A DNA stretch of 62,619 nucleotides, counting the filler, from Collodictyon triciliatum (taxonomy: Eukaryota), in assembly GCA_043381765.1 (NCBI GenBank). It is 8 parts of 8 records of this genome, joined end to end, with 100 filler letters (N's around TTAATTAATTAA, not from the genome) between each part and the next. Parts side by side here need not be neighbours in the genome. Positions count along the whole stretch, not along the records: positions 38,053 to 47,460 come from JBHJMP010003026.1; positions 47,561 to 56,969 come from JBHJMP010003027.1; positions 57,070 to 60,517 come from JBHJMP010003045.1; 5 more parts are not named here. One strand, given 5' to 3'. Positions 45,301 to 58,374 of the stretch are shown here, piece by piece (the stretch's first letter is position 1; each line of letters opens with the position of its first letter). The notes below the pieces were generated by a model. It had not been told where the DNA came from, made no database searches, and worked only from the letters and a program-made list of their open reading frames with translations. The position numbers were made by a program, and so were the translations under genes.

Positions 45301-47239
45301 AGTCGCTTAAATGTGACAATATGAAATCTGGAATAGTTCCGCTGAACCGATTGCCATACATAGATAACTCTGAAAGCAGGGGTGTTGACGCGAAGTTTGG
45401 AATCTGTCCAGATAAGTGATTTGTGTTCAGGCGAATACTTTTCAAGACAGGAATTCCATTAAAATTTGTGAGTGTTCCTTCTAAATTGTTATTACTGACA
45501 TCTAGCACAGAAAGATAAGCTGTCGTCCATGAGTTTGGTAGACTTCCATCAAGGTAATTCCCAGACAGGACAAGAATATCTAACAATGGATTTAATTCGA
45601 AAGATGGTATGCCGCCGGTGATTATGTTCCCAGCAGCGTATAAAATTGTTAAGACGGGATTATGTGGGAAGCTGGACAGTGTACCTCCAAACAAGTTGCT
45701 CCATAGCCATATTTCTTCAAGTAATGGCATGTTTGAAAGGATAGGCACATCTCCAGATAATTTATTAGACGATATGTGAAGCTCTTTCAGTTCGGGGATG
45801 TGCAAAAAGTTTGGGACTGTTCCAGATAGTTGGTTGCTGTAGAACCACATTTCAGCTAGATTTGGCATTGAGTTGAAATCTGGAATCGACCCATCCAAGA
45901 AGTTTGAAGAGAAATCAATGATTTTGGCAAATGGGATATTTGAAAAGTTTGGGATGGTTCCAGTGATATAGTTATTTTGTGCAACTATATAAAAGAGATT
46001 GTTCATGTATCGAAAGTTAGGAATTGTGCCAACGAGCTTATTGCTGTAAAGGTCAAGACTTCTCAAATACGGATACTGGGTGAAATCAGGTATGGTCCCA
46101 GATATTTGATTAGAGGCCAAATTAATTTCCGTCATTATAGATGTTCCTCTCACAGCTTGCAAACCCCCCTCAATCTGGTTAGATGAGAAGTTGATGGATC
46201 GAAGGGCAGGGTGCTGGTAGATATTTGGGAAAGTTCCCGTAAATATGTTAAAAAATAAATTGGCTATTTCTAGTTGGGGCAAGCACCCGAAAGAGGGCAA
46301 GTCACCGGTTATTCGATTCACTTGTATGTTCAATTCGATCAGCCTTGGAGAGCCCTCTAGACTTGGAGGGGTTTTTTCCAATTGATTGTTGCCTAAATTT
46401 AGATAAGCTAGTAGAGGGAGGCCCGAGAAGTTAGGGATGCTACCTTCAAGAAAGTTGGAGTCAATACTAAGCCCTTCGAGATTTGGAAGGTATATGTCCG
46501 GTATTGGGCCGACTATGGAATTGTAGCTGAGACCTAAAAACTGCAAGGAACTGAAGCGCTCCAGGTAGACCTCTGTCATGAACAAAGCTCCTTGCAATTG
46601 GTTTCCTTCAAGAATAATCATAATAATTTCGCTGCGATCATTCTATTATTTTATTTAATCAGAAAATTGTACCGATATATATAAAGGCTCTTAAAATGAA
46701 AATACATGACATCATTCAATTATCTTTCGCTCGAATTGTTGTCTTTCGTTTCGTTTCGTTTCTTATCACCACCAGATCCTCCTTTCTTCTGATAAAAGTT
46801 TATTTCTTAAGAATAAAGGCAACAAACCTGACATTCCTCCGGGTCGCTTGTTGCACAAAGTATTCCATACCAATCACAATAGCAAATGTCAGGGTCATTC
46901 CAATTTGCACTATTGACCCAGTTTTCTCCATTCATCACATCATAAAAAGCCTGCAGCGCATCACGGTTGCTTAGAAATGGAGCCGAGGTATTCATACGAT
47001 TTCTGTTATATCCCACAGGCATGCCCTCATCAGCTAACGAGGTAATTTTGTCTGGTTCTCCATATGATTCACCGTCACAATCGCTTTTCAGCCTCCCAAT
47101 AATCCAGTCGATTGCCTCTTCGTGTGACCAACTGCGCACATACTCTTCGTCAATAGGGCAAAACTCTTTAGTATTTTGCTTGCCATGAGGCCAAAAAAGC
47201 TCTGGCGATTCGGTTTTGGATCTCTGCGTTGCTTTCGCG
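42347..47239 (-). CDS. LRR-ectodomain multipass membrane protein (LRRNT, more than 20 plant-RLK-type LRRs, Cys-rich linker, about 7 TM); 5'-truncated
   Basis: LRRNT DALQAFY...W...CDWYGILC; repeats LxLxxNxLxGxIP; Cys-rich CRCLPNYYG...CAPGYQDHLCSKC; TM region with RYGFLYMCYKD|DYHYWELV and RPFVSPLENWLE. Confidence 0.85.
43730..43860 (+). repeat. (AAAAAAGAAGAC)n 12-mer intronic repeat
   Basis: Direct reading. Confidence 0.92.
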
Positions 47240-47309
47240 CTGAGAGATGCAGAAGGATGGCATCAATTCAAAGTGTATCGCGATGATATATGTGAAATGA
47301 TGATCTGCA

Positions 47310-47362
<53 letters not shown>

Positions 47363-47560
47363 CAGAAAAAAAAAAAAAAAAAAAAGAAAAAAAAAAGGGG
47401 AAAAAGAGATAAGAGAGAAAAGAGAGAGAAAAGAGAGAGAAAAGAGAGAGAAAAGAGGGANNNNNNNNNNNNNNNNNNNNNNNNNNNNNNNNNNNNNNNN
47501 NNNNTTAATTAATTAANNNNNNNNNNNNNNNNNNNNNNNNNNNNNNNNNNNNNNNNNNNN

Positions 47561-47621
<61 letters not shown>

Positions 47622-48178
47622 AAAAAAAAACAAAAAATAAAAACAAAAAATAAAAACAAAAAATAAAAAATAAAAACAAAAAAACAAAAAAAACAAAAAA
47701 ACAAAAAAAACAAAAAAACAAAAAAAACAAAAAATAAAAAACAACAAAAAAAAACCAAAAAACAAAAAAAAAACAACTTGAAAGTTTTCAGTCTCCTACA
47801 ACCATATGAGGCTTTTTTTTCAGTTATTTTCAGTTTATTTCCATTACGTCTTTCTGAAGCATTTATGGGGCCAAACAAATATACAATTCGTTAGTGTTGA
47901 ACAACCACTAAAGCATAGAAAAAAATTATGGAGGGATGATTGTCTATCTTTCTGTGCAATTCTTCCATTAATTCCAAAACATGAACGTGAAGGACATATT
48001 AAAACCACTACCCCAGTTTTCTGAATTTCTAAAGTCTTGAATCAATGTTGTAGCATTTGCATGAATGAACAAGAAGCTGGAATCATTTTGTTCGGTGCAA
48101 AGACTAAACCCTTTTGCAGGTTTACCTGACGCACGACTCAATCTTTCATTTCTTAATTTTGAAACCATCCTAAATATT

Positions 48179-51100
48179 ATGGAGAATTTTTTTCTTCACC
48201 CTGCACACTGGCGTTATATTTCCGCATTTTGCCGATGAATACTAATTTTTTATTTTAAAAATGGATTAGATGGACATCATTTCCTAAAGTCATTTGCGCA
48301 GATAAGCTAAATCATTCACCATCGGCCAAATGCTCTTTACCTAACTACCAGGGAAGCCAATCAAGCGGAAACGATTGCAAACAAAGGTTAGCTTAAATTA
48401 TTGCGAATTGTCTCCTGATGATTCGTTCCCATAAATAAGATTTTTCGTAGATTATCTCGGCTGTATTTGAAAAAGTAAAGAAACTCGCATTAATTCTAAT
48501 TGTTTGGTCTAGGTATCAGAACGATTCTACAGAAGTAAGTTTTTTGCTTCAATATCGACACATCGATTATCAAGATATTACCTATTGAAATTTGTTTAAA
48601 ATTATTATTATTTTATTATCTTATTATTATTATTTTATTATTATTATTTTATTATTATTATTAATTTTACTGCCATTTTTTTATAAAAGAGGAAGGGGTT
48701 AAGTAAGATAAAAAGAGACATACCCAAATGTTGGCTGATTATTTTATATAAAATTCATCGCGAATAGATCAGAATTTGGTCAACAGAAAAATACGTTATC
48801 ACTCTAAAGAATTCATATACTATCTTTTGGAATAACATCGCTCTTCGCGCTATCAGAATCCCCCTAATTGTCCATCGCCGTCAATATCTTCTGATGATGT
48901 TGAATCGAGTACTGCATCGTCTATTCAGAAGTTGAAGACAATTCAAAGGTTTGTTTACTAGTTTATTCTTTTGAAATCATGGGACGCTATTTCTTCTCAA
49001 TACTTTACTTATTCTCCACTCTATAACAAAGTTTTTCAATCCAAAAGAGTGCTTATGCCCTGAATAATAATTATGATAATGAAAAATGTGGTGCAGAAAA
49101 TACGTTCACAAAGTTTATTTGAGCCATCTTCATGACTCAACTGGGGATGTATACGACACAGATGACTATCCAGAAACTTTCCTGTACAACCCAACACCAA
49201 AAGTAATACATTGGCGTTCAGCTTTTTTTATACTAAATTATTTTATCTGTACAATGGTTTCCAAATGATTGTTTTATTTAGCTCGCAAATTCGATCCATT
49301 TTTGAAAAGAAATAAACAATTTGAATGTACTCACCTCCTAAATCTAATTTTCAATCAGAGAGTTAGCCTTTTGAATCCGGTTGATCGAAAGTCATGGTTT
49401 GATAGGAACCGAATCAACATCATGCGTCCGTTAAAAATCCATCATGAACACAAAGATTCGGTTTTATACTCCAATGAGCCGAACTCAAATCTACTCTTGT
49501 CATTCTCTGGGCATGTGGTTGTTAAAGAGTTCTATTCAAAGAATCGGTGTCTTCAAATAAAGGATGGCCTTGTGTGCTTGTCAAACAAACTGGAGGTATG
49601 AAGCTCTATTTGGTTGATAAAATGAATATAGAAGGCGAGAAAATCTGAGGGCCACGAAGTCATATAAAATGAATCAAACTTTATTGATTAAATGAACTTA
49701 TGTATGAATAAAGGAAGTTAACATGTTTTTTTTTTATACTTGTTTCCAAAGGACCCAGTTCCGATTCTCACATGCAGCATACGCAATATATCTTGGAATC
49801 ATGTCTGCATTCCAGCCAACTTACTCGACCGAAAATATCCATTCATCATTAAGGAGGGAGAGCATAGCATTATTGTCGTGGTGGATAGGTCTGCATCGAA
49901 TATATCATGGAATGATAGTCTATGGTCATCTTTAGGAATTGCGATAAATTCATTGTGCTATACAAATTCAACAAAGAACTAACATCAATATTATAGTCCA
50001 GAGGAATTGGACCTATGGTTATCATCCTTGATGGCAGCAAAGATACAGCTCGACATTGCTCAATTCAATTCTCTGCACAGACATACATATCCCACCACAT
50101 ATAAGGTTAAAATTAAAAAAGTGTGAATGGATGAGATTTCAAAAATTAATTATATATTTTTTGGTTTTCTTTCTACGGTAGGAATCACAACTTAATGTGT
50201 TCGAAACAACCTTACGTGCAATCGTTTTTTTTCGAGATGATTTTTCTGAAGTGGTGAGCAACCCTGCATCTTATGTGAATTCAAACTTGATCTAGAATAT
50301 ACACCGTTGATAGAATCAATCTCACGCAAAGTTTGAATTAGTTTATACTCACCGTAAGACTCTCAGGATTTTCGAAATATGATTGGTACTTTGGCAGCTA
50401 TGTGTGGTGTGAATCCACTCCAGTCTAAAGTTCTCCGCCGCATAACGCAGGCCTGTAGTTGGGTGGTATGCAAAGATATATGAATATTCACCACTTATAA
50501 TTCAATCGTTATATTATTTTTTGGTAGTTTATTTACGCACTTATTTGATTCATGCATCGTCTTTACTATATCATATCCTAGCTGGCTTCGAGATTTGTGA
50601 CCGATATGCACCAAGATATTGGAAACAACACATATTACGAAGAAACCGTCATGCATGTTCGTTTCCTGTCATTAAATCTCACATATAATAACAATAATAA
50701 TAATTTTTCGGGCAGTAAACTTTTCTGTTTTATTTGTGATTAATTTTACTGTCTGTGTCAGGATTTAAAAATGTGGGCCAACTTTACCGAGATGGAAAAT
50801 CAACGAATTCAAAGGTATTATTTCCTTCTATTCTGTACTCTCATTTTATTTGAAGTAAATAAGCCTCTACAGGTTGCTTCGCCGGACACATAACGACTGC
50901 TGTCCCAAACTGGGGCATTCTTTAGATGAGTTGGCAGAGCTTCGCATAGATAAGCATCAACTCTATAGAACCCTTTTCAAAAGGTATTTTTTTTAATTTT
51001 AGGTTTTGACTTTGCACATCTTAGTATAATCACAGAAGCGCTCGCGCAAGAACGATAATTATTGTTTCTATTATATGAATAGCTCGATATATGTATATGT

Positions 51101-53641
51101 CCTAATGTTTACAACCTTAAATATATTTGAATAAAAAAAAAGGGTCACCGAATATGAAGCTGAAAAGCAATCAGGGTTGAAAAATGAATCCAACGCTTAT
51201 GGATATACCCTCTCTTCTAATGCGACAAATATATTACAATGTTACAATGAGTTCTATGGAATATCCGAAAATTTTCAATACCTGGTGTAAGACTTTCTAT
51301 TGAAGAGAACCAATTAGAATCAATTAAAACCAATGACATCCGCACTGTAAATAAAACATAATCAATCCATGATAAATTTTTATTCATTTAGAAAACTGGA
51401 TACATACTGCCATCACATAATGTTTACTGTGGGTCACCTGGAAATATTAAATCAACAACTCGACGTCCTCGTTTCTAGAGTGAAAGGGGTGCACAATATT
51501 GGTTCTGGTGATTATTACCTGACTAAGCTAGAGGTGTTCCCTATTCTCTCCTATATATCTTATTATATACAGTATCATAAACCCTAGCTTTCAAAAAGGA
51601 TATTTTCTTTTGTGAACTATTGTTTAGCAATCATGCTGAAAAAATTACTTACCAATTAGTTGGACGGCCTTCTACTGGTTATTGAGAAGCTTTATCCAAT
51701 AATATATAGCAGACTGGGATACTTTCTTGGCAATTTTCCAGGAAATAAACCTGATGGATGCATCTCGAATCTTATTCATATTTTATTCAATGTAATCTCC
51801 ACATCAGCAGATAGTATATAATATTCCCACAATTTTCTTCATGACATAACTATGCAATAGATTTTAGTTGTGGACCACAAGTTAAGTCCGAATGCAAATT
51901 CAATCAACAGCCATATCCACGAAACTTTAACCGATTTAATACGAGTAAATTCCTATTATCATCTATTTTGGTTAATTTTTTTTTTTTTGCCTAAACATAA
52001 ACCGTATGCACTATTGCATAAGTTTTCAATAATTTGGGACAAAATTGTACTTTAAATATCAAAATAGGAGACAGCACATAGGAATTCTGAGCGAATAATA
52101 GAAGCAACCTGTGTGGAACTTTCTTTGGGGTATGAAGACATCGATGTAAGTATCTTTACATTAAATTTTCTGTGCACCTCCATTGAAGTAACAGATTCTA
52201 CCAATAGCCTAGCAAAACGGTTCAGAAAAGAGAGCTTCCACTTGAAAAGTATCTCGTATTGCTAGAGCTTATTGCAAATGAATGCCATGAAGTGTTGAAA
52301 TTTCAAGAATCATTTCCTAGGTTAATAATATATCTTCAATTGGTTTGATATGTGACCTTTTTATGTACAAATTTAAATGTGAGAAAAAATACAGCCCAGT
52401 AGATGCTGCCGGCATTATTTTAACAGAGTACTACCAGCTTCTATCAACGGAGGTGAGCTTATACCTTAATTTTAATTTGAAGTCGAATTTTGAGAGGTAT
52501 AAGTCACATTCAACAATTGATCTGGTATTGTATTACCTCTACACGGAACAGGCATTTTTTCTGACATTCACTTCACCTGGTGAAAGAATCGACCCCTTGG
52601 TCGCCCTCTCTATTTGTAAGATTTGGAATGAGCTCCAAATTTTCTTTGATAAGGCATCAGAGAGGTACTGTCTCATTCCATTACGAATTATGATTATGTC
52701 TGATAAAAATATTTTAGTTTTAGTTTTAGTTGTTTTTTAAGAAAAAAAGAGAATATATACAATTAAATTATTATCTCATTATCTATGATTTCATTTAGTT
52801 TTTTTTTTGTCTAATTTCAGTATGCTGTTCAACTGTTTACTCAACAAAATGAACCCACATAATGTTAAATGTGATTACGGCAATTATAGAGAACCCTTCC
52901 CTGTTGATTGGTCAAATCTCTTTGAAAATGACATAAATATGTGGATTGATTCATATTTCAATCAAATTACTTGCACTATGGACAACCTGCTCGAAGAAGC
53001 CCAGGTCAGCACTAAAATTATGAAAGAGTTTGTCTTTTTTTTAAAATTATTGTTGAACAGTAACCAAAATCTGTGACTAATTAAAACACAGGAGATTTGT
53101 ACTCACGCCATGAAAAATAGGCTAATCGTTCAAATTGGCCCGTATATGATGCAGCCCTCAAATCTATAATATTGTCCCTCAATGAGCTCTCATCTATATT
53201 AGCTCTATCTCTCGGTGATGCTTTTTTGTCGAGGCTGGACATTATTGAACGATTCAAACATGTAAATTCTCTTAACCAGTGTGCATCGTATGTGAAGAAT
53301 GATTTAAAGATAAATTCACACTCGAATATTAATTGCTACAACCACTTTGGCATTCCATAGCACAGTATGTGATATATATTTTCGATTACCATGGTTAGAA
53401 TTCTTGTAAAATTGTTCTCGAATACTCTGAAATGCGCGATAGCACGAACCTGCGGAACATTTATGGTTCACCTAGTACAGATGTCGATCCATCCGACGTT
53501 GATGAGGTATGAGTATTTTTCTATTCAAGCATGACCTGACATTCTAAACAGATATTGTTAGCTTAGGCATTTAGAACATGAGTATCAATTCGAATCAAAA
53601 AGATTCACTACTGTTCTTTTAAATCAATACAGGACGCGTGA
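48179..53641 (+). CDS. PH-domain protein with Munc13/CAPS-like helical region (about 20 exons; start uncertain)
   Basis: PH-like segment ending SPEELDLWLSSLMAA. Downstream HQLYRTLF, LSSNATNILQCYNEFYGISENFQYL, NFPGNKPDG and LFENDINMWI resemble Munc13-family motifs from memory. Exons join in frame by GT-AG introns. Confidence 0.5.
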
Positions 53642-55479
53642 GTAACCTCTCTCATGCGAAAGACAGAGTTGTAAATCCTTCTGAAATAGATCAGGCTCAC
53701 TTCTTCTCTTAAACATTTGCCAAAGTAAATTATGAAATAGTTTTTTAAAATGCTTTTATAAAAATATTAGTAAAAAGCAATATGTGATTTAACCTTGGAA
53801 ACTCTTTTCAGGTATTTTTAATTAGACTCCTGGGCATAGAATGCAGACAACAAATTTTTGTGTCCATTTACTCATATGTTTTTCTTTCTTTGTACGATAA
53901 CCTTTACTACATAACTGTATTGAGGTCTAAATTCAGTCGTTGGTATTTTGTCTTTTAAAAAGAGTTTATTTTGGTTTAAGGACCATATCATGTGCCATGA
54001 GTGCTTTATGAAAGAGAAAGTGCTTTCAGATGTACTATAAATAAACTCTGAGTTATTTATCCGATCGAGATGAATGGAAATAAAACATGTTTCCTTCAAA
54101 TGAGACCTGGTTAATAGAATATTTGTGAGCTAACTAATTAATCCATGTTGCTTTGTTTTGTACTATTTTCATGACCAGTTTCCATGAAACTTCTTTCTAG
54201 TCCTTTTTTCTAATAAAGACTGCTTGAATTGCTTTCTATTCTCCACTACCCATTACTTATCGCCTATCTCTAACTAGTTTTTCAATAATAAAACCTTTTT
54301 CTTCCATACGCTTCACATCTGCCAACTATCTCGGTGCATTTTGCTACTTCTCCATACAGAACTTCGGTGCGCCTTGCAAAATATATATGGGCGCCATAAT
54401 TAAGAAACCTAAGAATAATGGGGAAAAATAAGAAAAAATAAAAATAATTAAGTGAAATTTGCATGAGTAAGAGACGTCGAGCGGTGATTGGCGCATAGGG
54501 CACTGCAGAAATTCAACACGATGTCGATGAATCATCTACCTGGTTTCAACATTAAGTTAGTGGGAAAAGAAAAGAAGGCTTAACATATCTTATAGTCTTG
54601 ATTTCATGTTATTTTACCTTTCGTTCAATTACCCTCGAGGTGAGAGGATAAATCGATATCATGGTGACACTTTTGAATGTCTGCTACTTGAAGCACCTGA
54701 TAATGATACACGAACCCCTATGTAAAATTCTTGAAAGATAAACAATAATGAATAAACCACCTGATTATATTGAGATATTCGATGATAATTTTTCGGTAGC
54801 TAAAATGGTTGTCAAATGTATTGAACCATTAAAAAAAAAAAATTACAACCTGGATATTACACTCAACGAATTAGTGTGTTATATCGTGGGATGGTTCCGG
54901 CTGTGTTGTGTGAAACAAATTTGCATAGAGTGTCAGACAATATATCTTGTCATAAAAGAAAAAAAATTGAAACTATGTTATACTAGCTTTACAGGTTCAC
55001 ATGGGCTCATTAAGAGATTTGGATGCCAAATAGAAGAAAAAAAGTGATCGATTGTCTAACTTGGAGAGGCATATAGTGTCTACACTAAATCTTTTTCGTT
55101 ATCTAAATGAATAATCAATACTTTTTCGCCAATGTCATCTTTCATAATTTTACTCCCTTTTTTCTATAGAAAATTGGCATGATAATTATAAAATCATTTA
55201 GAACCTAAGAGGAAAATTGGATGAAAGCTGCATTCTGTGACTTTGATGTAAGCTGTTACTTAAATGTATGTTCTTTCATAAAAGACTATCCCGAGACTCT
55301 CGATAGAAAATTTTAATATTGCTGGGATAATCATAATTCGCAGGGGTCGTGTAAAGATATGAGACAATGTGTTTGTTGAAATGGTGTATATTTCGCGACT
55401 ACCGCTTTTCATTTTATTTTGTCTTAAAAAATGATTAGCAGTCTGTGGTTATCTTTCTTTGACTCAGTCATTAGCCATC

Positions 55480-56726
55480 TTAAACTACTAACGTAAATTG
55501 CTCGCTAGTGTGCCCATTCAACCACTCCAAAGCCAGGTCGATGACTTGCTACACCACAAATAGAGCATGTTACCAATATTTGGTTAAACATAAAAAAAAA
55601 AAAAATCCATGAACATTTTCTTTATTTTCTCAAAAAAAAAAAAAAGGATTTGTTAAGGATTTGGCATACTTGCTTATCAGGTTCGTTCAATATTTCATGA
55701 TACATCCTATAACATTACAATATATTTTGATGGTTTTTTTTAGTAAAATTTGTTTTCGATAAGCTAAAAAAAAAAAGGCTGCTTGCTATGGAAATACAAA
55801 AGGACATAGGAACAAAATAAGATGACCAAGCTGCACTTACCCGGTAAAAACGTGGTAATTCTTGTCCTCACTGGTCGCGTTGTCATGGAGGAATTTAGCA
55901 CCCTCAGGATTAACCAACATATCGTCTGAGCCTTGCATCACAAGAATCGGAATTTTTATTGACTTTATGGAAGTCTGGAAGCCAACCATCGTCTTTTTTT
56001 TTTTTTTTGAATAAAAAACGTCAAGTTATAATTTTAATTCATGCTTACAGGTTGTTATTAAAAGAAATGACATTCCAAAAATATATACAAAACAATTGAA
56101 ATGTGTGCAGCATTTACAATCCTGCGTGGTGATACCAAGCCAATTGTGTACACAAAACATTATCCAATAAAACCTTCATCATTTCGTCAGCCCAGCGAAC
56201 ACGCATCTTCCCATGGTAAGTGTATTGGTCCTCGGCAGATTTCTTCACTGAATTTGTATTGGATGATGGGGATTTTAAATGCGAACCAAAAGAGTGTGAT
56301 GTTTTACCATATGAGACGCCCCCAGTTATATATTAACGTCCAAAATATGTTATTAGATGCATCATTTACTCGTCATACAGAAAGGTTCCAATTTACAAAC
56401 CCACCGATTTCTGGGTCCTTGCTGATATATGTCAGGTCCAGCTTTTCGACACCGAGAGTAGGAACCATATTGGACAGTTTTCTAGCATGCGATCGCGTTA
56501 TTTAATTCTTAAGACGTATAATCAAAATAACTTATATCAATCCAGAAAAGCTTGACAGCAGATATCCTAGACAAGAAAGAATGGGTCCTACTCAGCGAGG
56601 AAAACGAGATGCGGGCGAGCCACTTCAGGTTTGGGCATGATTGCAGGCCCACTGAAGAGAGCTCCCTTGAAGGGTGTTTGGTCGCGAATCAGAGCACTGG
56701 TTGCAATAGCACCGCCCATAGAATGC
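55480..56726 (-). CDS. Monoglyceride lipase-like alpha/beta hydrolase (5'-truncated)
   Basis: Nucleophile elbow (G)HSMGGAIA, acid motif PILVMQGSDDMLV, His motif GMYHEILNEP; stop TAA 55480-55482. Confidence 0.88.
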
Positions 56727-56747
56727 CTGTTTGGTAAATGGGGAAAA

Positions 56748-56841
<94 letters not shown>

Positions 56842-57069
56842 GTATTAGTATTATTAGTATTATTAGTATTATTAGTATTATTAGTATTATTAGTATTATT
56901 AGTATTATTAGTATTATTAGTATTATTAGTATTATTAGTATTATTATTAGTATTATTATTAGTATTATTNNNNNNNNNNNNNNNNNNNNNNNNNNNNNNN
57001 NNNNNNNNNNNNNTTAATTAATTAANNNNNNNNNNNNNNNNNNNNNNNNNNNNNNNNNNNNNNNNNNNN

Positions 57070-57310
57070 TATTTTGTGTTATTTTGTGTTATTTTGTGTT
57101 ATTTTGTGTTATTTTGTGTTATTTTGTGTTATTTTGTGTTATTTTGTGTTATTTTGTGTTATTTTGTGTTATTTTGTGTTATTTTGTGTTATTTTGTGTT
57201 ATTTTGTGTTATTTTGTGTTATTTTGTGTTATTTTGTGTTCTCTTGTGTTCTTTTGTGTTCTCTTGTGTTCTCTTGTGTTCTCTTGTGTTCTCTTGTGTT
57301 CTCTTGAGTT
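57070..57310 (+). repeat. (TTATTTTGTG)n / (TTCTCTTGTG)n 10-mer repeat at a contig edge
   Basis: Direct reading. Confidence 0.92.
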
Positions 57311-57852
57311 ATTTTGTGTTCTCGAGTTATTTTGAGTTGTTCTCGTGTTCTCTTGATTTGTGTTTGGTCACGTTTGGGTGGCGTTGCTCCTGGGTGAACG
57401 ACCCAAAAACAAGTATGGAGCGGCCATCTCGAGCGTTGGGCTTAAACCCACTTAAAATTCAGTGAATTGGCCATGCCCATATATGGTGTTGTTATGGCTT
57501 TGTACATGTCTTTATACATATATGTATAGAAGTCGGTATTGAGGGGCTGTATGTGATGAGAGACCTGCTTTGTTTGGGGAAGCGCTTCGAAAGGAAGAAG
57601 GAAAGCAAAAAAAAGTATAGATTGAGGATTCATCAAGGACGGATACGAACAGGAGAGAAACAATTATGTTATGATTAGACAGTACGCAAACATCTAATTC
57701 TGAGAATTCACAATGGTCAGATAAATCTTAAAGCATACATTTGCATCTTCATCCTCATGAGCCTCGCATTAGGACTTAAGCCTGGAACGATTCATAGACT
57801 TAGTTGCGACAGGCGTGCGTATATGCACCCAAAGAAAAATAAAAGAAAGAAC

Positions 57853-57933
57853 GAAAGAAGTAAGGAAAGAAGTAAGGAAAGAAGTAAGGAAAGAAGTAAG
57901 GAAAGAAGTAAGGAAAGAAGTAAGGAAAGAAGT
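57853..57933 (+). repeat. (GAAAGAAGTAAG)n 12-mer repeat
   Basis: Direct reading. Confidence 0.92.
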
Positions 57934-58374
57934 GGTGCACTTCGATAAATGAAATGCGTTGATGCAGTGTTGACCCCTATGATATATCTTTTGACTGTGA
58001 TATATGAACAGAACCAAGAACATAAATATATATCTTTCATCGTTTCATAGTTATGAAACCTTTGCTGCGTGCAGATTACACAACTCCGAGTATGTCATTT
58101 GACCTAACAATCGAGCTTTTGGGATAGCACAGGATGATGATGATGATGATGGTGTGATAGTGGTGGTGGTGGTGGTGGTGGGTTACATGATGACCGACTT
58201 TATTCTTTCGTGGGAAAATGTGAAGGGGATACTTATTGAGCTTGGGAACCAACCATAGGTTCTGATTTTCAACTCATCAGCTGAACTGTATAGAGTTTAT
58301 GGACATGTTTTGGATTAAAAAAATTCGCACAAGAAAACTGGTCGATGGGCTTATACGAAAGGCTGTGCTTCGAA

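Noticed and set aside
54280-54950. Possible small spliced gene on the minus strand
   Set aside because: Exon-like patches are present, but I could not build a consistent frame or recognise a product.
57370-57450. Possible structured RNA (about 19-bp interrupted helix enclosing a TGGGT-GAACG-ACCCA hairpin)
   Set aside because: It relies on many G-U pairs and bulges, matches no tRNA or snRNA motif I can identify, and may be a minus-strand exon. An Infernal/Rfam search would be needed.
58222-58232. Minus-strand GTATCCCCTT as a GT-AG U12 donor
   Set aside because: No U12-like branch point near the candidate acceptor, and the host exons are unverified.
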